From Tubiluchus corallicola (lineage: Eukaryota > Animalia > Priapulida), in NCBI GenBank assembly GCA_030141605.1, contig JAQGDQ010000052.1, forward strand, positions 434,001 to 498,000: 64,000 nucleotides of DNA, read 5' to 3'. Numbering within the stretch: position 1 is the stretch's first letter; each line of letters opens with the position of its first letter. Below are positions 37,903-51,298 of this stretch, one piece after another. The position numbers and the translations under genes are program-made. The notes below the pieces were generated by a model. The model was given only the letters and a program-made list of their open reading frames with translations, was not told where the DNA came from and ran no database searches.

Positions 37903-40900
37903 TACTTTACGTTATGAATGAAATAGCACTATCAAACCTTTTTATGAGGGATGATGTAAAATTGTAAACAGTAGAACAGTATATGTATTAGCGATACGTT
38001 GCTGGTAAAAGGCAGTTTTCATTCACTTATTCATACGGTGTTGCTATATGATCGAAAAGTCTAAGCCTCCTCCTCAAATTGAGAGTGATGTGTTGTAGTA
38101 GTCTACAGTTCCATGAATGAAAAGTTAAGAAACATAAAGAACACCTTCGAGCAGGAACCATTAGTGTTATCATTGTTATTATCATCATCAGTATGATCAC
38201 CATTGAACATCGACATCATCATTTTTCATGAACACTACCAACAAGATCTGCTTGCTGAGAGTAACCTAATCTTATTGATCAATGCTCTCTAGCCTTTGCT
38301 AAAGATGAAAAGCAGTATCGAATTAGGAACAATCCCTTCAGGACAGGAGGAGCTAGCTAACGAAATCGAGTAGCTAGCACAATGCAATTATAACATCGAT
38401 TAAGATGCTTTGCAGTATTTAGGCTTAGTTTATCAGCAAATGAAGTTAGCCTTTACGAAGTCTTGTTCAAGCACAATGATCAAAGCAAGCTGAACAGACA
38501 GACTAGAGGAATGCAAAACACAATAAGAAACGAAGGTTTTCATAATACCAAATAATAGATTGGTTCAAACAATGATGAAATAGTAATCAATATCCTGTGA
38601 AATTTCAATCACGTGAGCCATTATAATGCTACCTTATCAGGAGCAGTTAGTTCTACGTATATTGGCAAAAATCCACCGAAACAAAACCAGTCACCATTCA
38701 GGATAATGGGCTAGGAATAGGAAAGTGGAAGTCACATTGGATTCTTCTAACTAATTTGCGAGTGACAGGATGTGTTAACGTCCTACGACTACCGTGAAAA
38801 TTTACGTTATAAAAGAAGATTTCATATAAGGATTCCACAGATAGCAGCCTCGACAGAAAAACGTAACATTTAAGGAATTTATTTGTAAAACTCTCTTTCA
38901 AATCGACAAATCCACAAAATTAAAGGTGGACTACTCAATTGCTTGGCGAGGTACGGTAAATAACTGTTTTTTTTTTGAAAATGTGCAAGCGGGTCGACCT
39001 TTAATCTAGAGTTTTCTTAGTGAAGATTAGGTATATTGAAACAAGAAGATTTGTGTAGTCAGACACAAGCAGAAAATAATTCCAGTTACCTTATTAGATT
39101 ACGTATAATTAGTATCTTTTAGGTAACGTCTATACGCAAAGCAAGTAAACCGGCCGAGAAAATTTAAAGAAAGCAAAATGCTAATGCTTTTTACACTGGT
39201 ACTACAAATCTGGATTGATTGAAACCTGGCTTGATACAAAACAAAATTAGGTGTCACCTTTGAGGAAATAATTTTGCATATACGAGTGTTGTGAACTTGA
39301 TTGAAGTCCACAAGTCTATAGTCATATTACTGTATTTTCACAATATTTAGTATAATTAGCACTACTTTTTCACAAAAAATTGATTGGTGGATTGATACTT
39401 GGAACTAGGAACTTTTTTGAACCAGTTTTAAGGTGTGACTTTGACTTTGGCTAATAATGGTTGTGTTTTCTCGCTCTGACCTAAACTTGTGTTTAAAAAA
39501 CGGGACCTTTATTTTGGAGTTAGATATTTTTTGATCCAGTCTTAAATTAAGTTTACTGAAATTCCGTAATTTTTTGTGCACGTTAATCACTCTGCGACCT
39601 TTCGTCTTTGAGATAAATGAAATTATTGAGTCTTGTTGACTTTTGACCTTTCTGGTTCGAAAACTCGTCATTTACATAACATGTCAAATACAGTGTTTGT
39701 ACCAAATCAGGTTAAAGTGTATTTTCATTTGCTTCGAATTATGTCACTGACATTGTCAAGTTTACAACGTTGCTCTTTAACACTGATCACAGGCCTCGGA
39801 AGCTTATCTAACTGCCAGTTAAACAGTTGATTAATTATTGCAATTTCCGAAAGATGACTTCTGTGTGCAAGAATTATATAACTTGCATTTAGGCAGCGAA
39901 GCCAAACAAAAGTGCACACCACCTTGCATTGATCTACTGATAATGCTATGCACAAACCCAGCAAACGCCTTAAATATATATAAACGACCACCGCCAATAC
40001 CAACACACTAAACGATACTACCCGCACCACACATCACACCACCCACACCACACCACCCCACAGCATCACACTTAACACATATACACCCAAACCAGACGAC
40101 CCACACCTTATCAGCCTAGCAACACCACACCATCCACATCGTAGCATTCACAAAACCTGGTAACCTCCAGGCCAATGGTGATGACGATGGACACAAAGTT
40201 AATGACCATAATAACAGCAGTAATGCAACAACAGCTTATAGTGAACCATCCCAAAACATTTTGTGCAATTTGAAACTGTGTGCAATGAAAAATGCAATTA
40301 TTGGGTCACGTTTCAAATTTAAAATTGTGTCGTGTTCCCCTTCAAGACATACACAGCATGTAACATACAAGCTGAGCTTTTTCTTAAAACCAAATTGGGC
40401 AGAATTAGGAAAATCAAACGCTTTCACATGAATTACAGTTTCAATTTCAAAAGTGTTAGAGGCCGAACTGGCAATAGAACAATAGAAATAGAGTGATAAT
40501 ATAATTGTTCCACCCAGAAAGGTTTCACTTTTTTGTTTTCACCAGCGGGACGAATAATACAATGTGTAATGCTAGCAGGTAGTTAACCATGTGAAAATAC
40601 AGCTGTGAAGCAAGAAACATGCATATTATATCATAAAAAACTACCAAATGAAAGATATTTCATTCTATTTGTAGCGTTTTTATCAAACACAGTAGCGTGA
40701 CATTTTTTGATGTAATGGTCTAGTTTCTGTCGCTTGCAACAGAAATATACGGAATTAGCATCAATCCAATAAGCAGTATAACTGCCCCATGGAGCAGAGC
40801 AGAGCATCATTGTTATTGTGCCCGTCTAATAACTACTGTTTTATTAAATCAGAAAATAATAGAAAAATCTCGCTGATTTTACTCGCTAGCGCTTAGACAT

Positions 40901-41106
40901 AAAATTAAATCTTCATTTAATATTTTTGTCATTGCACGATGTTCCCATGTTGGTTTCATTTCACAGTCAGCGAGCATTTTCTGTCATTAGTGTTTAATTA
41001 AGATTTTATTAAGATAATGTAACACTAATGGACTATCTTAATAGCATTATCATAATACTGTACAAGCATAATTTCATTATTCACAGTGGTAATGGCAACA
41101 GCACAA

Positions 41107-41135
41107 GCAGCAGCAACAACAACAACAACAGCAAT

Positions 41136-41172
<37 letters not shown>

Positions 41173-41199
41173 TCATCATCATCATCATCATCATCATCA
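41107..41199. repeat. Compound (CAG)/(AAC)n/(ATC)n microsatellite
   Basis: Adjacent trinucleotide runs. Confidence 0.95.
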
Positions 41200-41260
41200 A
41201 TAACAAGACAATACTATTTAGATGAGAACACTGTTCATTCTTGTGCTCTCTTGCACATTT

Positions 41261-41266
<6 letters not shown>

Positions 41267-41344
<78 letters not shown>
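41267..41344. repeat. (CT)n microsatellite
   Basis: Perfect run. Confidence 0.97.
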
Positions 41345-41347
<3 letters not shown>

Positions 41348-44300
41348 AACAGCGCGATTTTAATTGGATAATAAAGTTTACATGGCTATCATCAAGAAAA
41401 TGATACGCCACGATAATGGCTAAGCTGCGGGTCTTTCCTCCCATCAAATTATGGTAATCATCTTCGGCGATTTTTCGTTTACGTGCGCCTGGCGACCATT
41501 TGCGCCGAATTGCTATCATTATAAAAGCAGAAGCGGCGAACGTTTCATTTTCCATTTTTTGATGATACTTCTTCAAACCATATTATTTCAAACAATTGAG
41601 TCAGCTAGAAGATAAGCCAGCAATTTCACGTTGTGCCATTTTTTCGTGAATTACGGAAGGCAGCTCTGACGTATTATTCGACCCACAAAATCGACGAGGC
41701 AGGGAAATGTTACGAGTTTAAGCCGTTTTGAAAACATGGTTGTGCGGTACATGCAAGTTAGCAATGTGCTTCCATTTTTCATTTTAGTGACTACGCATGG
41801 TTTTATATCACCGTTTTTACTACCTGACCAATGCTTCATATATTAAATAAAGAAACTTCAAGACTTTACGATGTACACTGTATACGCACTACCTTTGTAC
41901 GTTTGGTTCAGCATTTGAAAGCAGTTTCAGGTGACTGTACATCAATAAACTCATCATCATCTGCTGACCTTTTTATGATATTTTTCTCGCCTTTTCTGTA
42001 GATCTTACTTGAAAACCTTGAGTAGGCGAGATTCTGTTTCCACTCTAAGCTCATTTGTTAATGTAACGATAACATTATTAGCATGATGCCCAGGTTACAA
42101 TTATAGTGGTGTGAGTAGGTAAGTTAATAAAGGTAAGCTTCTTAGCGGTAATCTGCGAATACTGTTAACTTACAGAAACCTAATACTATCTTGTTTGCTC
42201 GGTGTTTGTTTACGCACCAACGACCGACTAGCATTAAATAACGCTGACATACATTGGATGATGTAGTTATAGTTTAAAACCGAATTATTTTAACTTGAAA
42301 AATACTCCTTAGTGCCACCTTAACTTCATGTTGTTCAGTATAATGATAATTGAAAAACAAAAACAAGGCAACTTGATAATTCAATTCATGATTCGTGAAA
42401 ACGCATTCGGTAAGAAAGCAGAGCTCAGAATAAAAAATCTTATCTTGCAGGCCTATAGTATAATTAAAGCACACATTTCCATTTAGCTAAATCTTCCTTC
42501 CCAGTTTCAGCAACTAAAAGTAATTTAACTAAGTATATAATAGTAAGCAAAACCACTTTTTACACTATAATGAAAACACTACATGCAAAGATAGATCATT
42601 TTGGTACGCCTTTTTTGTGCAGTTCTTGTAATCAGAGCACTCTAAAAAAAGCACCGAGATTCATCAAATGCACGTGCAAAGCATGCAAGGTTTGGGAGGT
42701 TTGATCATGATTTACTAAGATCCGTAGAGACATCTAGCCAATCTCATTAAGAGTTTACATCTAAGTAACTGCCAACGCAAGCGCCAAGTAACGACAGGTG
42801 ATGTGCCTGTCACTGATTTCAATCTAATTATAGAGTCTGCCTGTGTGGCTTCAATGATATTGCCTTTCCTTGGTAAAATAAAGTCTGTCTTGCTATCCAG
42901 CCTATCTACTGCTATATGTCTATTGCCATGTGCAGGCATTATTGCGGATGGTCCATGTGCCTCACATTGCCAAAATAAGGCGCAAAAAATATGTAAGAAA
43001 TGGCTGGAAAATGTTTAATGTTAATTGCAATATTAAGTGATTTTTGCGGACTGCCTGTCTGTTCGCGAATTTTATACTTAATCAAATTGTACAGGAAGAA
43101 AACGCGAATAATTGAAAATACTGGCAACACATATACAGTCATCAGTTTTGGCATAAACATCCGGGTGTAAAAAAGCGACATCCGCTGCATTGGACACTAC
43201 GTTCGTTTTGTTTAGAAGCTGCTTCCTGTCTTATTCGTCTGCGAGTTGCTTCAATGAGTAAAACTTCCGGGAGCTTTGGAATTCACGCTTTAATTAAATT
43301 CCCTTCAATTTAAGGAGCCGTTAGTTAGAGGCGGTTCGGAAAGAAAGCTCTTAACGCGTTGTGAGCTGAATTAGCGATTGTGTCTTCTTGAAACCCCAAT
43401 GGTATTTTGAGACCAACCATGCGTTTGTTGTAGCAATCACTGCGAAAACAACAATTCTTGGTGACAGAGCTGGTCTAGCCCTCACGGAATTATCAGCTAA
43501 TTGTTACAACTACAGAGCTTGAGCTATGCTTGACTTACAAGAACAAAATACTACATGTACTAAGAATTATAAAAACATACTACATTTGGAAGATAGACAT
43601 ATTCTAGAGGTAATTAATGCCCCTAACATTATTTTATATCGTGCGATGTCATCATGTCCTTACTATAACGAAAGGGCGGAAATTTTAAGAAAAATTTCTT
43701 ACTTCAAAGGGGAAGAAGCGCTAAATGTCCGAGGTTCCTAAATTACCCTTTCTTTAGTAACCAAAACCGAAAAAGCTTGAATAAAAAGATATACGTATTT
43801 ATATGTAGACCACCACAAATTGAGAAACGATTAATTGTAATGCTAACATATATTTTACTTATTTACATACACAAAACAACAGTGAAAACAAACAAACAAT
43901 ATTAAACAGTGCAATCATCTATATGCAGTCGTCTAAACGTGGGTAACGTGAGTGTTCTCTGTGACACAGTATCTACAGATTACCAATGAGTTAGTCTGAC
44001 AGAAGGCTTTTATAACATTCGATATTCATATCTAAAAATAGATCAGGTACAAGTTGAAGTTAACGTGTGCCATGTTACCATCACAGGGCCAAAACTACCT
44101 ATGAATGTGGCTTCGGCAAGTGTTTGAAATCGCGACTGTTTTGTACTAGCAACAGTCCGCAACACTTATATACTATGCTTAACTATGAATATTTGTTTTC
44201 GCTGTCTTCACTGTCTTTTCATACCGTCCGACAAGCTTAGTATTCAATCTGTGCCTCATACAGTGAAAAACAAAGTAAAATATCACAAATTTATTACTTT

Positions 44301-46015
44301 TTGGCTACATATGAAATAAAGACATTTCACAGATTGAATGAGTAACTTAGAACAAACATTGTAAACATGTTAAGATAAAAATATACATTTTTATATATAC
44401 TGTACATGTGTAATTGACACCAAACACATTGGTCTATCGTTCCGCGCCCACTGTAACGTAAGCATGCTCAGCAGCATTCGGGTCAACAGCTCACGCAGGA
44501 CAACTAAGCTAGACTAAACTAAGTCACTGTATATGCGCCGTTGCTGTGGCTACATTTGTTGACGTTTTAGTTATTTTTCTTGTTGTTTTTTGTTTTCGTT
44601 CTGGCCTTGTTCTTTAACTGCATAATTCTGTCAACTCTGATGAGAATCTGTACGAGAAAGCTTCTTTGCGTTTCGTGAAGTTGCTGTCTGTTGAAAGCAC
44701 CGTGACACTTACTTGAACGCAGGATAAAAACTAACGACTGACAAACGAGCTAACGACGACTGTAATTAATGCGCGGAAAAGCAGCTTAGGTTTAAGTAAC
44801 GCACGTGTCTTTTTACTTTTTTAAACCTCATTAATATTGCAACGTTTCGAAGCGTATTCACATTCACACGCTTGACGCGTTTGCAACGATGGCGGCAACA
44901 GCTATGGCAAGCCCCACACTTTTATACTACAATATAGGATGAATCGCAAGAATAGAACTCCAGCAATCAGGCTAAATAAATAGAATCACCTATATAGATT
45001 TTATGAATGTGATGCACCCTTATTCTGCGGGAACATGATGGAAAGACTGTCTGCTCTATTTTTTTGGAAGTGGGACTGGTTGGGATACCTATTAACATCA
45101 GAGAATTCCGGTCCCACCGCTTAGCGTTTAACCCTATAAAAAAGCGAGAATTTGGCGGAACACGACCATCTGGGTTTTTTTAATTTTGTAATCTTGTTCG
45201 TATGTATAATGTCATTATATTTCTTTATTGAAATGATGATTATATTTTGTATCCTTGTTCTTGTGAGTTTTATAATATAGCACTAAAACATTATTGATTA
45301 TGAGTTAGTTTTGAAATTTTACATGTTAATATATTATTTTGCCCAGGATTGGCAAGACTAAAGGCAGAATTACAAAATTAATACTTGGTGGATAGTAAGT
45401 CGCTTATTAATTATAGAAAGCTTATAGCTGGCACGTTCTCTGAGGTCTATACATTGTGGCTTCAAGCAAAAGGAATAATTGCAACAGGAGCTACAATGTT
45501 TATCAGCGTCATTGTTTCATGGAGAGTAGAAATTGCAAGCGCAGAATATGAATATCTTTATAGACAGATATCGACATTTCTGAATCCAAACATATTTCTG
45601 AAACAGCGATAAGATCGGGCAATTACAAGACGCTTGCAGAAACTGAAAACTGATTTGTACAAAAATCAATTCTAATTGTGGTAAAATGTTATTGAGACGC
45701 GCAGGTTTTTAATAAACAATTTTTCATCTGTCATGAATTTTTCCTTTCTAATAGTAGACCATGTGTAATGTGCCATTGTTGACTAGATTTTGCTAAGCAG
45801 AAAGCGGCAAACAGCAAGCCGAAAAAAACACAGACAATGGAAAATTGAGGATAAATTCACACTTGATTGGAAAAAATTAAAAAACAGGCATAGGCGACGG
45901 ACAGCAAAAAAAGCGAGAAGAAAGAAAGCGAAAAGGACAAAGAAAAGGAAAGAGAGTAGAAGACACAGGCGCAGAAAGAGAAAAAGAGGGGGAAAGAAAG
46001 GGAACAAGAAAAAAA

Positions 46016-46022
<7 letters not shown>

Positions 46023-46096
<74 letters not shown>
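46023..46096. repeat. (GA)n microsatellite
   Basis: Perfect run after a purine-rich tract. Confidence 0.97.
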
Positions 46097-46100
<4 letters not shown>

Positions 46101-49100
46101 GGTGTTCTCGCAGAACGCTATACTATTTTGCGAGTCCCTGGAGAAAATGCTCTACCATTACTGGCATTCATTCACGTCTAATAAAATCAGTCGTAGCATC
46201 TTCTTCTCTCTTACTGACCTTTAATTTTTTATCGTCTTCGTTCTTCCCTTCACGTTTATTATCTGGAGGCTGGAAAATGGTTTCCGTTGTGAAGCCGCAC
46301 ATTATTGACTGATTTGCTAAATTTATTCGCATTGTTATTGCTTTCCTTGCCATATAGCTGCTTTATTTGTAAGTCAAACAAAAACTGAAGGCAGTACTGC
46401 GTAGTTTCGCATATACATGTACATGGCTTTGCGGCAAAGATGTAGTATCCGAATTCTGCTGTAGACGAATTTTTGAACCATAACAGAGATACGCTTACAA
46501 CTCAGGAAATTAAGACTTAAACTTATTCAGATAAATCACTGAAGCAAACAAGACAGGAATACATACGGCTGTAGCCGCAGAGTTTATTTCAGAGTTATAA
46601 GCTTATCATTTGTACGGCAAAAAAAACTGGTATAAAACGGATGTACCGAATATTACTTATTTGTCACAAATCTATACATATGCAAAATAACGCAATAGTG
46701 CCTTTAGTTTTTGTTTGACTTGCAAAGAAATTCGTTATATGAGCTATATGACAAGGAAAGCAATAACAGTGCAACTATTCTTTCAACGTCAGTACATAAT
46801 GCATTGATTATTTGATTCAGATAATTTCCATATTGCACTACGTTTATGAAAAATATTCATCAACAAATTCTATATTAGACGTTTTGCAGGAGAATTGGCG
46901 CTCTGTTCTTTAGATAAAAGGTGATCCTTGCACACGTTCAAACGCCCACTCATCTAAGGATATGCGTGAACGTGTGTGCGCGTGTGAAGGAAGCCAAACT
47001 GGGCAGAGTGTAAGCCATATGCACAAGAAATGGCCTTCGCTGCGACACTTCTGCGACTGTTGTTCGATCTTTATTATCAAATTTTGAGACGTATCTAACT
47101 TATTACATACCAAGTAATGATTTAAATTGCGCCTAAATTTTCATAGAAACTGTTTTTAGATTTACACATCGTTCATAATTGTTGTTTGTGTGAGCTGCAA
47201 AGCTTGATCGTACGCCACACTAATACACTGTAGACAAATTGAAGGCTAATTAAGTGCGAGTAGACGATAAAATATGAAGTCAATGAAGGGATTAAAATCA
47301 AAATTCGAATTTCCTTCGCTGATAATTGCAGCATAATTAACCTCATTAAACTAACTCATTAAAACCGTTATAACGCTATACTTATGCTTCAACGAACATA
47401 GCAAGTAAACAGAGAAGACTTTTTATCAGAAATGAAAAGTTTTACATTAAGACTGTAAATTTCAGCAATTAGGCATCCGTTGTTTATTGGATGTTCAGAT
47501 GAAGATGGCAAACTTCTGCCTCCTTGCCTGCATATTCTATGTACTCCAACCGATTTCTAATATTGACAGCAAAATTAATCTACATAAAACAAAAGTAATT
47601 TCAATAAAGCTTAGATGTACGAAGGATATTCCTTCTGGCTGTATTTGACTGGATAAAGTCCAAAAGTGTCCTATTCACGACGAAAAATATATAAATTATC
47701 TAATATGTTCTTATGGTAGAGATGACAAAGAAGTTGATTGACAAAGGCATCTTTTGTTTAAGAATTTTATTTAAGTATCTGTATAACAAACTAATCAGAA
47801 TTTTTTCTCAGTGCGGCAGGGCAGTCAAAAAACTTTTGTTAGTTGCTGTATCAGTTTTTGTAGTTTGCCACTATGGTCTAAGTGAACATTGAACAATTGC
47901 GATGTGCCAAGAGGATTTTAGCGAGCAAACAGCGTAAACACGAAAACGATTTCCGAAACATCTGGTGAATATATAGGACGTGCATAACCTGTGTGAATAA
48001 ACTCCCCGAGTAGATCTTTCAGTGTGAATAGGCTAAATTGATATCAATAGTTATTGTTTTATCAGTGTAGTTTGATCTTTCTGTCCACTGGGAATGCAAA
48101 ACGAAGCACTAACAGTTTTCCCGCTGAGGGTCTATTGGGATTCACTGATAAATTGGATGGACAGAGCAGATCCGGAGTTGGATTCAATCGACGAGCAGTA
48201 ATTTGATAGGACTTTAATATAAAAAAAGGAATTGAAAGAAACCAGTTTCCTCGCTAGAACCTGTATTGCATTCTGTTACGACCCCCTACATAAATTAATC
48301 AGGCTGTACTACATGATTTTATTTTTTCGTTGTTCTTTCGGCATAAAATTTAGCTGCACTTTGTTTCCAGAAATACATCGTGGTATAATTTCGCCAAAGT
48401 TTTTCAACAAAATTCTAATAAATTTATAAAATCGGGTATTTTCGCGGCTTGAAACGATGATTACTTGCTGTGCGACTTACTAGATAAAACAGAGACGTCT
48501 GAATGCAGTTTATCACATGTGTGGATATAAGTTTGCGCTGCAGTATATTGCCTTTATTACAATATGACGTTATGTTTTCACTGCAGTTTTATTTCTCATT
48601 TTTATTTTCGCTACTGCTTCAAGAACAAAATACACAAATGCAAGTCTTGCATCTGTGTTTTAATTGTGGCTACCTGATCCACAGTAACATTGTTAGCTAC
48701 TTGCTACAGTTAGTATGGACCTATACGTTTATTCACTTGCTCAATTATTTATTTTTGTCATTTTCCAGTTCGCGCTAAGCAATCTACACAGACTGCTTCC
48801 TGCTCCAGCAACTTTCCTACTTATTTTTACATTATACCGAATAACGTGAAACCCAGTTAGCAACCTTCAATTAGCAACAGCGTGATTTTTGATAAAATAA
48901 TATTATTAAAGATTTCCGCCATTGTACGCATTCATACGTAAATATTGCGTTTGGGGTATTATGCGTACTCAGCAACATCTAATGACTATAATAAACTCAA
49001 TTTTTCCGCATTTTCTTCTCTCCCGTCGAGAATTTGTCGCAAGTAATTCGCAACTTATGTGGCGCAGCGCAAAAAGGGGAATCTTGGCCGCGAGTAACGA

Positions 49101-50499
49101 ATTCAGTTTCAGCTAATATCTCAGCTTCAATTTAACTCCCAAATGACTCCCGTACGTGACGAAATGGAACAAAAGTGACTATTACTTATCATGCGAAAAA
49201 TGCCCAAAATGAGTTCGTGACGTATCCATCCGCGGGTGGCACTGAAAGGTTGGCTTCATCGTTAAACTGCAGCAAGCACTATCAGCACGTTATTAAATCG
49301 AAATTGAAGTCAAATGATCTAGGTCTACGTGTTTTATTTTCACATCCACATTCAGCCAAAGCTATCAGTACTGAACATATTATAAGTATGTCAAAGTCTT
49401 AGTAAGCCTTTGTGTTTATTGTGTACCAAAGTTAACGATGTATTAATGTAACTATAAAAAATAGCTTATCACGCTAATAAAGCACTTATCGCAATAAATG
49501 CGGAGTCTAAATGTTTTAGTAGCTTGCCTTTCAGCACTTGTACTAAACTGTTTGATTCTACGTGTATCTAATTCTTATGTGCTGTACTGCCTTTTGGGGT
49601 ATCTTAGTTATTCCTGTATTGAACTAGTTGTAATCGTGCGTGCTGGTTTTATATGGCTGTTGGGAAGTATACACCAAATGCAGCTTCGCAGGATGACATG
49701 GTTGGAAAACCATGTGGCACCGTTAATGGATTTGCATTGCAAAACAGAATTTTTGTAATGAATGAGGATAGATTGTATGCGGTAAGATGTACGTAGAGAA
49801 AATTGAGAAAAACGGGATTTTTCACATTTTGTCATATTTCAGAGACACTGAAATGTTCCATTTATGTGGTAATTAGTATGCATTTAGTAAAGAAAGTATT
49901 TCTGTTGTCGATTTAGTGGCATCTGAAAAAGAAGAGCAAAACTAGTAACAAAAAGTTAACCAGATTTACTCAAGCACACAAATAAGTGATAAAATCTGAC
50001 CTTATGGTCTTTTTAAAAATGATTATAATAGCGTGTTTAGCTTTAAATAAGCTAAATTTATATATGGTGTAGCTCGCATTATATAAGAAATTGGAAGCCG
50101 CATTAATACACCAGAAGATCAAAGGCTGTGCCATTTTAGTGATCAAGTAGAGGTCGGTTTTGAAAAACATGTTATATTGTATAATTGTCCCTTTTATGAT
50201 GATATTGGTACTTGTTTACTGTGTATATAAGATATTGTACGTGATGTTTAGTGTGTGATAATAACGAAAATTATAGATGAAGTTGTTTAGGTGCTAATTA
50301 AGACTGAATGATGGACATTAGCACAAGAAGATTTGATTTTCCTGGAAGATTATTTTTACAAGTTAGCAAAACGGGCAATAAAAAACTTACTGATTCGAAC
50401 AGCACATTTGTTATGTTAGGAACAGTTAGCTGTTAAAAGAATTTTTCCGGTCTCACTTGCAGTTGCAGCAGTTAATAAATATATAATTTATTATGCTTG

Positions 50500-50562
<63 letters not shown>

Positions 50563-50572
50563 ACGCACACGC

Positions 50573-50605
<33 letters not shown>
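50500..50605. repeat. (CA)n microsatellite with internal (CACACG)n block
   Basis: Read directly from the sequence. Confidence 0.96.
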
Positions 50606-50606
<1 letters not shown>

Positions 50607-51118
50607 TAAAACAACTACGAGCATATTTGACAAAATAATTCGCTTTAAAATTCGAACATCTTAAGCTATAAATTCTGGCACATATCAGCAAAGTGAAATA
50701 CGAAATATGATTATCTGGAGACAATAGAAATTTTAGATACGGAATTGATATAATTTGCCGTGAGATCTATAAAATATAAGTCAAATATGCAGTAATACAG
50801 CACTCACGAAGTGTCAGCGTGATCTAACGGATAAAACATGTATATATACATGCAAGGCCTCTGTGTCCACGCCGACAAGAGCACAATACGGTCAATTATA
50901 ATTATGTCCTTAATGCAGGTACCACAAAACATTTTAGCAATTATTTATAATAATTAAGGTCCAGAATTCATTCACTGGGATTATTTAGATTACGCTATTG
51001 GGAGAGTATTGAAAATGACAAACTTTTCTACATGCACGCTTTACTTATAAATGTATAAGAACAAGCACTTCTGCTAAAATTTACGATAAAACCAGGATAA
51101 ATTTTGTCTGAGTTATGC

Positions 51119-51155
<37 letters not shown>

Positions 51156-51298
51156 CATACATACATACATACATACATACATACATACATACATACATAC
51201 ATACATACATACATACATACATACATACATACATACATACATACATACATACATACATACATACATACATACATACATACATACATACATACATACAT
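51119..51298. repeat. (TA)n + (TACA)n microsatellite
   Basis: TA run followed by ~36 TACA units. Confidence 0.97.

Noticed and set aside
41343-43460. Possible DNA transposase remnants (SWIM-like at ~41750, piggyBac-like YNKRM at ~43430)
   Set aside because: The motif matches are too short and not collinear with other family motifs.
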